Notes under the pieces: model-generated | The model's database searches: none | What the model was told of the DNA's origin: nothing | Seen by the model: the letters and a program-made list of their open reading frames with translations, nothing else | Part shown: piece by piece, positions 38,773-47,836 of the stretch | Numbering within the stretch: the first letter of the stretch is position 1 | Layout of the letters: each line of letters begins with the position of its first letter | Position numbers and translations under genes: made by a program | DNA from: Candidatus Cloacimonadales bacterium | Lineage (GTDB): Bacteria > Cloacimonadota > Cloacimonadia > Cloacimonadales > DAONDQ01 | Assembly: GCA_963662275.1 (NCBI GenBank) | Contig: OY759316.1 | Coordinates: 2,752,001 to 2,816,000 of the forward strand | Direction of reading: 5' to 3' | DNA length: 64,000 nt

Positions 38773-40074
38773 ATGGAAAACATGAATTTACCTCGTATGC
38801 AGAATGCTGATTTAAAAGGCAAAGTCGTACTCCTTCGGGTCGATCATAATGTTGTCAAAAAGGGAAAAATCATAGACGCCATGAGAATTGATGCCACGAT
38901 TCCCACTCTCTTCAATATCATAAAAAAGGGTGGGAAGCTCATCCTGATGACTCATGTAGGACGTCCATATGACAAAAAGACAGGTCTCTTCACTCTTTCT
39001 CCTCAAGATGCTGTGGAACCTATTGTGAAGTACCTGGAACATAAGCTGCAGATTAAGATAGCAGTTCCAACATTTACCGCTGCTGAAGGTAAGGGCATTG
39101 ATCAGCTTGACCCTTCCATGAAAGACCTGGTTGCTAATTTGAAAAACGATAAGATCGATATGATCTATTTACCTAATACCCGCTGGTTCACTGGCGAAGA
39201 AAGTAAAGGCGAAGCTGCGGACATCTTTGGAAAAGAACTCACCGGTATGGCTGATGTTTATATCAATGACGCTTTCGGTTCATGGCAGGCACATGTATCT
39301 ACCATGAAACCGACTGAAAAGCTGCCTTCCTATGCTGGATTACTCATGCAGAAGGAACTTGACCACCTGCAACTGATCTTCACTCCCAAGCGTCCTTTTG
39401 TCGGTATTGTGGCAGGTTCTAAATTCGATACAAAGATTGGACCGCTCAGTTCCCTGTTGGAGAAAGTGGATTACCTGGTACTCGGTGGAGTTATTTATAA
39501 TGCCTATCTCAGTGTAAAATATGGTTTATCTATCAAAGGCATTGGTGAAGATGACCTGGCAATTGCTGCCAAGTTCCTTAAAGATAGCGAAAAGTACCCG
39601 GGACGTATTGTAGAATTACCCTTCATCATCGAATCCGATACTTTAGATGGAAAGATCGAGGGACAATACCGTACGCTCAACATTCATGATATTCCCAAAG
39701 GCAAACATCTGAATTATGTCCTTGATGCCGATCCAAAGTCTTTTGAACTTCCCGAAGTGAAGAAAGTATTTGATGAAGCTGCCATGTTCTTTGTCAATGC
39801 GGTTATGGGCTTTACTCCCAACTTTGGAGATGGTACGAAAGCCATGTACTCTCTCATCGATACGAATAAAGCAGCTAAGAAGCTCTTCGGTGGCGGAGAT
39901 ACGCTCCAGGACTTCCGTAACCTGCTTGTAAACACTTATCTGGCTGCCTTGGATAATGAATCCTATTATTTCTTTACCGGTGGCGGTGCAGTTCTCAATG
40001 CTATCGAACAAGGCTCCCCCTTTGGTATGGAGCCTGTAAAAGCTTTGATCAGGAATGGAGGAAGAAGCTTGTAG
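38773..40074 (+). CDS. pgk: Phosphoglycerate kinase
   Basis: LRVDHNV, THVGRP, NDAFG...H.S, GGGDT and TGGGA motifs. Confidence 0.95.
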   Translation: MENMNLPRMQNADLKGKVVLLRVDHNVVKKGKIIDAMRIDATIPTLFNIIKKGGKLILMTHVGRPYDKKTGLFTLSPQDAVEPIVKYLEHKLQIKIAVPTFTAAEGKGIDQLDPSMKDLVANLKNDKIDMIYLPNTRWFTGEESKGEAADIFGKELTGMADVYINDAFGSWQAHVSTMKPTEKLPSYAGLLMQKELDHLQLIFTPKRPFVGIVAGSKFDTKIGPLSSLLEKVDYLVLGGVIYNAYLSVKYGLSIKGIGEDDLAIAAKFLKDSEKYPGRIVELPFIIESDTLDGKIEGQYRTLNIHDIPKGKHLNYVLDADPKSFELPEVKKVFDEAAMFFVNAVMGFTPNFGDGTKAMYSLIDTNKAAKKLFGGGDTLQDFRNLLVNTYLAALDNESYYFFTGGGAVLNAIEQGSPFGMEPVKALIRNGGRSL

Positions 40075-40303
40075 CTTGCAGCGCTGACTTAAGGCGGTAT
40101 TGATCCAGAAGCTTGTAGCTTGAAGGTGGGATGCCAAACTCCGATTTGGCATGTGACGAAACTGAGTTCGCCACATCTTTTCATCACCGGAAGCGAAAAC
40201 CTGTTTTCAGGGAAATTCTATCTTTCAAATAGGTCACATTGAATATGAGAAAAACAGAAAAGAAACAAGAAATAAAGAAAACCTAAGGAAAATCTACAAA
40301 AGT

Positions 40304-40347
40304 CTAGATGATCCCTAGATGATCCCTAGATGAAGCCTAGATGAAAC
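40304..40347 (+). repeat. 11-bp tandem repeat (CTAGATGAnnC)x4
   Basis: CTAGATGATCC CTAGATGATCC CTAGATGAAGC CTAGATGAAAC. Confidence 0.9.
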
Positions 40348-40527
40348 CCACCTGAAAAAGAAAGTACGTCGTGCGAGGTTCGAAGTACGAAATTATAGGA
40401 GAAAATTAAACCACGAAACAGACGAAAAACACTCTCCTCTGTTTTGATTCTCCCTTTGGATAATAGGAATTTGAACTCCATACTCTTAGCTTTCATGTAA
40501 AGTAATCACCACAGGTGCAACGGCACA

Positions 40528-40681
40528 GCAACGCCTCATCTTGTGAGGTGGATAGGTCATTTTTCAAATGATGCCAAATACCAAACAAATCCTGTCTTTC
40601 TTAATGCAATAACATAATGGAGTTACATAAGCTTGCATCGTACAAGATACGACCTATCCACCTTTTGAAAAAAGGCGTTGC
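40528..40681. repeat. 31-bp bipartite inverted repeat around a ~92-bp core (REPIN/MITE-like)
   Basis: GCAACGCCT-N9-AGGTGGATAGGTC ... GACCTATCCACCT-N9-AGGCGTTGC. Confidence 0.8.
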
Positions 40682-40766
40682 ACCCACAACTATCGCATAT
40701 CGTGAGTCCAGCAAGGAAATCCGGTCGGGTTTAAAGTCCAACGTTTTATGAAATTCGTTCTTTCTT

Positions 40767-41852
40767 TTAGCGTTCCAGTTCCTTCTTCAAGAAATTGATA
40801 AAATTGATCGTGGTTGGATTTACTTCCTGTAATATTCCTAAATAAAAGCTGATCATATCACCTAAATAGATTAATGAATATGCCTGTACGATGAAATTAT
40901 CACCTTCTGCATAAAACTCCAGCCATTCTTGCCCTCTTTCAGACAGGAGTGTTTTGAAGACTTGGATACGTTTGGAATAACGATCAGTTAAGTTCAACGG
41001 TGCGAGAAAGATGGGGATGAACGTATCATTCATCCCCTCAATTTCCCAGCCTTCTATTTCGTTATGATTCATTTCAGGAAATGTATGATAAAAAGCAGGA
41101 TATTTAGCATTTTCATTGATCTGGCATTTCCAGCGGTAGGCAACAGATGCAAATTCTGGAATTGCGGAATAGATGAGTGGAATCTTCCCTTTTATCATAG
41201 CGGCTGAACTTTTAGCCAGGTTGCTTTCATATGGATTACGAGCTGCTATAGCAGCAGCCTTTAACATCATCATTCCAACTGTTTTTTCTACTTCAACAGC
41301 TTGAGAAGGTATGACTTGGAATTCTTCTAAAACTTTTAAAAGAGAGAAAAATAGTGAAGCAATAGCTGACCGGGGAGGATTTCCACCTACTAATTCGACC
41401 CACAGATATTTACCTTCAAGCAGAGTTCTCAATTCACCACCGGATGTGACACCAGCGATATAGGGAGTTGAAGCAATGGCTTCTTTACAGCAGGAAAGAG
41501 TTTCTTCTGTATTCCCGGAATAACTGAGTAGGATAACCAGGGTTTTATTCGTGATATGTGGTAGTTTGTAGTCTTTACAAACGAAGATTGGTATTTTTTT
41601 ACCGAATGCAGCTTGGGCAAGATCGCCTGAAATTGCTGAACCACCCATTCCACAAATAACTACCTGGTTGATTTTATCCAAAGATAAACTCATAAATGAA
41701 GGTGGTATATGAACCTTGGCATTTTCGTAAGCGGTCTTCACTTGTTCTGGTAAATGAATGATCTTGTGATACATATCCTCCAGATCAAGATCATCGAAGT
41801 GCGAAGTACGAAGTGCAAAATGCGATGTAATTTCATCAGATAAATGAGCCAT
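40767..41852 (-). CDS. Bifunctional phosphoglucose/phosphomannose isomerase
   Basis: CGMGGSAISG, SYSGNTEET, RWKCQINENAK, PEMNHNEI; start MAHL follows GGAG. Confidence 0.92.
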   Translation of the reverse strand: MAHLSDEITSHFALRTSHFDDLDLEDMYHKIIHLPEQVKTAYENAKVHIPPSFMSLSLDKINQVVICGMGGSAISGDLAQAAFGKKIPIFVCKDYKLPHITNKTLVILLSYSGNTEETLSCCKEAIASTPYIAGVTSGGELRTLLEGKYLWVELVGGNPPRSAIASLFFSLLKVLEEFQVIPSQAVEVEKTVGMMMLKAAAIAARNPYESNLAKSSAAMIKGKIPLIYSAIPEFASVAYRWKCQINENAKYPAFYHTFPEMNHNEIEGWEIEGMNDTFIPIFLAPLNLTDRYSKRIQVFKTLLSERGQEWLEFYAEGDNFIVQAYSLIYLGDMISFYLGILQEVNPTTINFINFLKKELER

Positions 41853-41935
41853 TGTTATCTCCATTTTGTTTAGTTTATAGTACAAAAGAATACTCGATTT
41901 TGAACTTCCCTCAAAGTAGGTCTTCTCTGCAATTC

Positions 41936-43300
41936 TTAATTCTTAATTCTTAATTCTCTAGTCTTTAAGTAATCATTAATTGTAGCACGTTCCTTATCAA
42001 ATCCTGGTTTTCCCATCATGGCATAAGTAGCAATTTTTCCAGCTTCAACACCTGGCTGGTCGAGTGGATCAATCTGGAGCAGTTTCCCTGTGAATACTGT
42101 TTGAACTTCGAACATGAAGATAAAAGCTCCAATTGATTTTTCATCGAGTTTATCAAAAGTAATATTTGCATTCGGTCTACCTGCATCGGTTAAAGCAATT
42201 TCAGTGGCTAGTCTTTCTGTGTTGAGAAGCAAACTCAGCTTCTTACCACCGAGATAATGAACTTCTTCCCGGTCAGGATAAAGGTCTGGAATTTCATAAT
42301 CATAACCGAATTTTGATACGGTTAGGAAAGTAAAGACCTTATCATTTGGTCCTTCAGTATACAATTGCACTTGTGAATGCTGATCAGTAGTGCCTAGAGC
42401 CTTTACCGGTGTTTGGCCAACAAAGACTTCCCTTCCCTGCTTATCATATTTTTTTCCCAAACTTTCTGCCCACAGTTGACGATACCAGTCAGCCATATCA
42501 TATAAGGCATTGGCATAGGGCATCATAACAGAGATATTCTTACCATTGCGCATATACTGATAGTGCAGAAAACCATTGAAATATGCTGGATTCTTCCAAA
42601 TATTCTTTGATTCACAGATTACTCTCATATCAGCAGCACCTTTCAATAAACCGCTAATATCTATTCCAGCAAAGGCACAGGAAACAAGTCCGACATCAGA
42701 TAAAACAGAAAAACGTCCGCCAACATTGCCTGGAACTTCAAAGTCCTGGTAGCCTTCCTTCCGCACAATATCTCTTAAAAAACCCTTATCTTTATCTGTT
42801 GTAATAACTAAATGTTCTTTATAAGCTTGCGGAAATGTATCCTTGAGAATCTTCATCAGGATGAGAAATACCGACATCGTTTCAGCAGTTGTACCGGATT
42901 TGGTAATAACATTAAAAAGCGTTCTATTCAAATCAACCACATCCAGAATCTCTTTTAACATTAATGGATCAACATTATCAGCTACAATGACTTTTCGCGG
43001 TAATTGTTTTTCCACTTTCAGAGCTGAATAAATGGCTTTATTTCCCAGGGCTGAACCACCAATACCAAGAACAACCATTGTATCGAACTTTGTTTTAATC
43101 TTATCGAGATAAGTAGTGATATGAGATATATCCTGGTCAGGTAAATCGTAAAAACCAAGTTTCCCCTGCTTTCGCTCAGTCATGATTTCCTGGTGAATAC
43201 TTTTAATCTGCAGATCAGACTGATCAATCAGATCTTTAGAAATACCACTCCTGATTTTTTGTGAATGAAGAAAATTCTGATAATCAAAATGAATCAGCAT
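41936..43300 (-). CDS. pgi: Glucose-6-phosphate isomerase
   Basis: GIGGSALG, TKSGTTAET, VGGRFSVLS, QLWAESLGK, DQPGVEAGK. Confidence 0.95.
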   Translation of the reverse strand: MLIHFDYQNFLHSQKIRSGISKDLIDQSDLQIKSIHQEIMTERKQGKLGFYDLPDQDISHITTYLDKIKTKFDTMVVLGIGGSALGNKAIYSALKVEKQLPRKVIVADNVDPLMLKEILDVVDLNRTLFNVITKSGTTAETMSVFLILMKILKDTFPQAYKEHLVITTDKDKGFLRDIVRKEGYQDFEVPGNVGGRFSVLSDVGLVSCAFAGIDISGLLKGAADMRVICESKNIWKNPAYFNGFLHYQYMRNGKNISVMMPYANALYDMADWYRQLWAESLGKKYDKQGREVFVGQTPVKALGTTDQHSQVQLYTEGPNDKVFTFLTVSKFGYDYEIPDLYPDREEVHYLGGKKLSLLLNTERLATEIALTDAGRPNANITFDKLDEKSIGAFIFMFEVQTVFTGKLLQIDPLDQPGVEAGKIATYAMMGKPGFDKERATINDYLKTRELRIKN

Positions 43301-43313
43301 ACTCGCTCCTTAT

Positions 43314-45017
43314 TTAGATTATTTCTAAGATTGTCTGAATTTCTGCCAAAGAAGATGAACATGATATATGTTCAAACCTTTCCCTGATACTATCATCAAA
43401 ACGAAGAATCCTATCTTTTACCATGAGAAATTGTTTGGGATTTACACTTAGCTCATCCACTCCCATAGCTAATAGTAAATTGATGTATTGAGGATCAGAA
43501 GCCATCTCACCACAAACCGACACCTTTAATCCTTTCATATGGGCTTGTTCCACTGTATTTTTAATTAATGTTAAAACAGCCGGATGGTATGCTTGATAAT
43601 ATGGAGCTACAATGTCATTATTCCTATCAACAGCAAGTGAATATTGGACAAGATCGTTGGTTCCGATACTGAAAAAATCACATTGCTCTGCCAAGCTAGA
43701 TGCACAAAGAGCAGCAGAAGGGATTTCAATCATTGCACCAATATCAATCTTTTTCGAGAAGGTCTTACCTTCCTTTTCCAATTCCCTGGCACACTCATCA
43801 ACAAACTGTCTTCCAACCTGCATATCTTCCCTTCCAATAATCATAGGAAACATGATCTTGATGTTGCCAAACACCGAAGCGCGTAAAATAGCACGTATTT
43901 GTGTTCTGAAAATATCTTTATGCTTCAGTGAAAAACGAATACCCCGGCATCCAAGATAAGGGTTTTCTTCTTTATCCAGGTTTAGAAGATGTGAAAGCTT
44001 ATCACCTCCTAAATCAAAAGTCCGGATAATGACAGGTTTGCTTCCTAATTTCTCGGTAATATTTTTATATACTTCATATTGTGATTCTTCTGAAGGCAAA
44101 ACAGCTTGATCAAGATATAAATATTCGGTTCTAAAAAGACCAATTCCATCAATTTCATACTGAAGAATGGCATCTATTTCTTCTGTAAAACCAAGATTTG
44201 CCATAAGTTGAATACGTTTCCCGGATGCCGTTATTGTTTCTCTACTTTCAACAGATTTTAATGAATCATAACTAACCTTTAAATCTTCCCTTCTCTTCTT
44301 ATAAATGCCTAATTGATCATTATTCGGTTCTCTTATAACATCTCCGGTAATGGCATCAACGATGACACATGAATTTTCCACACTATGTTCAAGCAGGGAA
44401 GGAATGGCAACGATAAAAGGGATTCCAAAGGCACGTGCCAAGATTGCACTATGCGATGTCTGACTTCCTTTTTCAGTGCAGATCGCCTTGACCTTTGCTT
44501 TCGCAAAAACAGATACTTGGGTCGGTGTTATTTCTTTCGCAAAAATAATGGCATCAGGATCTGGAATTGGTTGTTCACACTTGCCGGATTCAACCAAGTA
44601 ATCCAATAAAATATGTGAAACATCTATAAAATCGCTTGCTCTCTGAGCAAAAAAATCGTTCTTCATATTTTGAAAGTACTGTACAAGATAATTATAGTGT
44701 TTGGATACAGCCTGTTCAACTGTTAGTAATTCATCATTAATCAATGTTTGAATAGCTTTCTTAATATCAGGATCTTGAAGAATCATCTTTTGTGACTCGA
44801 AGATTTCCTTATCTTGTTTTGAATTTGCATATTCTTCGATAAAACGATCTGTTTTCTGAAGCACTTCTTCCAATGTAATTTCTAACTTGTGTAATTCAGC
44901 TTCTCTTTGCTCAGGATGTATTTTCAAAGTACTGATTTGATATATTTTAGGTCTGGTTATTCTAATATTACCAATGGCAATACCCGGTGAAACAGGAATT
45001 CCGTGCAAGGCATCCAC
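43314..45017 (-). CDS. ptsI: PTS enzyme I (PEP-protein phosphotransferase)
   Basis: TSHSAILAR phospho-His, GLFRTEY, ENPYLGCRGIR, SIGTNDLVQY, CGEMA. Confidence 0.95.
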   Translation of the reverse strand: MDALHGIPVSPGIAIGNIRITRPKIYQISTLKIHPEQREAELHKLEITLEEVLQKTDRFIEEYANSKQDKEIFESQKMILQDPDIKKAIQTLINDELLTVEQAVSKHYNYLVQYFQNMKNDFFAQRASDFIDVSHILLDYLVESGKCEQPIPDPDAIIFAKEITPTQVSVFAKAKVKAICTEKGSQTSHSAILARAFGIPFIVAIPSLLEHSVENSCVIVDAITGDVIREPNNDQLGIYKKRREDLKVSYDSLKSVESRETITASGKRIQLMANLGFTEEIDAILQYEIDGIGLFRTEYLYLDQAVLPSEESQYEVYKNITEKLGSKPVIIRTFDLGGDKLSHLLNLDKEENPYLGCRGIRFSLKHKDIFRTQIRAILRASVFGNIKIMFPMIIGREDMQVGRQFVDECARELEKEGKTFSKKIDIGAMIEIPSAALCASSLAEQCDFFSIGTNDLVQYSLAVDRNNDIVAPYYQAYHPAVLTLIKNTVEQAHMKGLKVSVCGEMASDPQYINLLLAMGVDELSVNPKQFLMVKDRILRFDDSIRERFEHISCSSSLAEIQTILEII

Positions 45018-45283
45018 TATTCTTCCCCGAATTTACTGGAAAAAAGCTCGGTGATTTCTTCTAATAAATATTCTTCATCCACTCCATTTGCTACAAGATC
45101 TAATTCTGCCTGAAATTCAGCAGCTAACATCATGACGCCCATAATACTCTTACCATTGATACGCATTCCTTCTTTTTCGATAAAGAAATCAGAGCGATAT
45201 TTTGTTGCAGCCTTCACCAATAAGGCAGATGGTCTTGCGTGTAAACCCAATTTATTGGAGACGGTAATAGTTTTTTTCAACAT
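45017..45283 (-). CDS. ptsH: Phosphocarrier HPr
   Basis: GLHARP (His15) and GKSIMG (Ser46). Confidence 0.95.
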   Translation of the reverse strand: MLKKTITVSNKLGLHARPSALLVKAATKYRSDFFIEKEGMRINGKSIMGVMMLAAEFQAELDLVANGVDEEYLLEEITELFSSKFGEE

Positions 45284-45346
45284 AAAATCCTTTACAACTA
45301 TCTTTTATTTAATTTAATAAACCGACAATGTTATGTCAATAAATCT

Positions 45347-46327
45347 CTATCCGGGGAAGTTATCTATTCCTTGCTCTGTAATGGCATTCCTAAGTCTTGT
45401 TTTGCGTTTTATCTCTTCCTGGAGTTTCTTGGCATAATCCTCAGCAGCATCATATCCATATTTCTTGAGAATCATATTCATCGCAGCTACTTCTACGATT
45501 ACAGAGACACTTTTCCCTGGTGAAACGGGTAAATATATAATCGGAATATGTACTCCCAGATGTTCAACATAATTACTAGTCAAACCTATTCTTTCATAAT
45601 CCATATTCTCTTGCCAAGGCATTAACTCAATCTGTAGATCAATGTCCTTAGTTTGCTTGACCCGTTGAATGCCAAACATCTTTTCAACATTCACCAATCC
45701 TACTCCCCTGATTTCCATGAAATGTCCAAAGTCTCGTGATGGCTGTCCAACGAGGAGATCATCAATCAGTTTTATGGTCACTGAATCATCAGAAATAAGG
45801 CTATGCCCGCGGCTTACCAGATCGAGAGCACATTCGCTTTTTCCAATACCGCTTTTACCGGTTAAGATAATACCTAATCCAAATACATCTATCAAAGTGG
45901 CATGAATTGTCTTCTCTGGAGCATAATAATCATTGAGATATTTTCCCAGTGTACGGATGAGATTGATTGTTGATAATCTGCTGGAAAGGATGGCGATATT
46001 GCTTTCATTCGCCAACTGTTCAATCTTAGTGGGAAAAGAAAGACCCTTCGTAATCACAATTAGAGGTATAGCATTAGTAAATAATTCCCTCATCCTCTCA
46101 TAGTAGATACTTTCCTTCAAGGATTGAAGATAGGATATTTCTGTTTCTCCAATGATCTGGACACGATCTGCAGCAAATCTCTCAAAGTAACCTGCTAAAG
46201 CTAAACCGGGACGATTTAATTGGGGTGAACTGATCTTGTTATCCAATGTTTTAGGTTCTGTAATCATGGATAAGGCAAAATCTTTCTTTTTTGTTTCGAA
46301 AAAATCTTTGATGAGAATTTCTTTCAT
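45347..46327 (-). CDS. hprK: HPr(Ser) kinase/phosphorylase
   Basis: RPGLALAG, GKSGIGKSECALDL, MEIRGVG; ATG at 46327 follows GGAG. Confidence 0.95.
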   Translation of the reverse strand: MKEILIKDFFETKKKDFALSMITEPKTLDNKISSPQLNRPGLALAGYFERFAADRVQIIGETEISYLQSLKESIYYERMRELFTNAIPLIVITKGLSFPTKIEQLANESNIAILSSRLSTINLIRTLGKYLNDYYAPEKTIHATLIDVFGLGIILTGKSGIGKSECALDLVSRGHSLISDDSVTIKLIDDLLVGQPSRDFGHFMEIRGVGLVNVEKMFGIQRVKQTKDIDLQIELMPWQENMDYERIGLTSNYVEHLGVHIPIIYLPVSPGKSVSVIVEVAAMNMILKKYGYDAAEDYAKKLQEEIKRKTRLRNAITEQGIDNFPG

Positions 46328-46337
46328 GCTAAGCTCC

Positions 46338-46363
46338 AAAAAAGGGGGGTTTTATCCCCCCTT
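46338..46363 (-). terminator. Intrinsic terminator between hpf and hprK
   Basis: Minus strand AAGGGGGGA-TAAAA-CCCCCC-TTTTTT, immediately before the hprK RBS. Confidence 0.75.
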
Positions 46364-46375
46364 GATAACGAAAAC

Positions 46376-46912
46376 TTAAGGTTCAAGAAGTTTGAAATGG
46401 TCATCGTCCTTCTTAATGAGAACGTTGATCGTATCAGTCTCCACATTTTTAAAGAAAAAGAAGTTATCTTCACCAAGTTCCAAGGCTTCGAGAGCTTCCT
46501 GTACCGTCATAATTTCCGGGACGACCCGCTTTGTTTTAATTAGTTTTCGAGGTCGATCACTGTCTTCCTTCATAAATAAATGAGCTCTTGAATAATACTC
46601 GGTGTTCTCTTTCAAACTCTTTTTCTGGTGATCTGTCACTCGATCCTTGAGTTTTTTGATTTGACCTTCCATTTTTTCGATAGTATTGTCAATAGCTAAA
46701 TACATGTCCATTTCTTCAGAATCACTTTGAAGAGTAAACTTAGAGGCGTGGAGGGATATTTCGCAGAGATTTCTGCTATTTTCCAAAGTCAAGGTAACAT
46801 GCAGATTAATGATGTGATCAAAATACCTACTAAATTTCTCACACGCTGATTCTACATAGTCACGAATCGCTTTGGTCAGTTCGAAATGCCGGGCAGTAAT
46901 TGTTATTTGCAT
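46376..46912 (-). CDS. hpf: Ribosome hibernation promoting factor (long HPF/RaiA)
   Basis: MQITITARHFELT.AIRDYV, DMYLAID, C-terminal MTVQEAL...FFFFKN. Confidence 0.93.
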   Translation of the reverse strand: MQITITARHFELTKAIRDYVESACEKFSRYFDHIINLHVTLTLENSRNLCEISLHASKFTLQSDSEEMDMYLAIDNTIEKMEGQIKKLKDRVTDHQKKSLKENTEYYSRAHLFMKEDSDRPRKLIKTKRVVPEIMTVQEALEALELGEDNFFFFKNVETDTINVLIKKDDDHFKLLEP

Positions 46913-46926
46913 GGCTCCGTCCTCCT

Positions 46927-47799
46927 TTAGGTAGATTTCATATATTCTCGGGCTTTTTCAGCATGATAAGAACTACGTACCAATGGTCCACTTTCCACAT
47001 GCAGAAAACCCATTTTCTTTCCTTCCTCACGATAGAATTCAAAAACATCCGGATGCACATATTCAACAACAGGATAATGATGCTTCGTTGGGGCAATATA
47101 TTGTCCAATAGTTAAAATATCGCATCCGCTTTTTCGTAGATCGGACATCACTTGAATCACTTCTTCCTGATTTTCCCCTAAACCAACCATCATTCCGCTT
47201 TTTGTCATTAATCCGGGAACATATCTCCTGGTTTCTGAGATAACTCCTAATGATCGTTGATAATTTGCCTGTGGTCTTACAGCCGGATAAAGTCTGGAAA
47301 TCGTCTCAATGTTATGATTCAGGATATCAGGATGTGCATCGAGAATCGTATGAAGTGCGGTCATATCTCCTTGGAGATCCGATATTAGAACTTCAATCGT
47401 GGTTTCAATTTTACAATTGGATCTTATTTCATTCATAACTTTAACAAAATGTGAAGCACCTCCATCGGGAAGATCGTCTCTAGTGACAGTTGTCAAAACG
47501 ATATGCTTGAGCTGTAAAATTCGAGACATCTCACCTATTGCCTTAGGTTCGTTTTCATCAGGTTGTAATGTAAGTTTATTTTTATCAATAGCACAAAAAA
47601 GACAGTTCCTGGTACAGATATCACCCAGTAATAGAAAAGTAGCAGTTCCGTTCTCAAAGCATTCACCTTTGTTTGGACATTGAGCACTTTGACAGACACT
47701 ATGCAGATTATTTTGTCTGAGTTGACTTGAGATTTCATTTGTTCTTTTTGAACCCAGTTTATTGGCTTTCAGCCATGCTGGTTTTCTTAATTCTGACAT
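46927..47799 (-). CDS. lipA: Lipoyl synthase
   Basis: RKPAWLK, CQSAQCPNKGEC, CTRNCLFC, VRSSYHA. Confidence 0.95.
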   Translation of the reverse strand: MSELRKPAWLKANKLGSKRTNEISSQLRQNNLHSVCQSAQCPNKGECFENGTATFLLLGDICTRNCLFCAIDKNKLTLQPDENEPKAIGEMSRILQLKHIVLTTVTRDDLPDGGASHFVKVMNEIRSNCKIETTIEVLISDLQGDMTALHTILDAHPDILNHNIETISRLYPAVRPQANYQRSLGVISETRRYVPGLMTKSGMMVGLGENQEEVIQVMSDLRKSGCDILTIGQYIAPTKHHYPVVEYVHPDVFEFYREEGKKMGFLHVESGPLVRSSYHAEKAREYMKST

Positions 47800-47836
47800 T
47801 TTCAAATCCTTTTTAACAGTACCAAATATAATATAG

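Noticed and set aside
39643..40176. 177-aa antisense ORF over pgk and similar short overlapping ORFs throughout
   Set aside because: They lie opposite or within well-supported genes and show no motifs or RBS.
40514..40684. 6S RNA
   Set aside because: Only the outer arms pair; I could not see a paired inner stem or central bubble, so it is kept as an unassigned inverted repeat.
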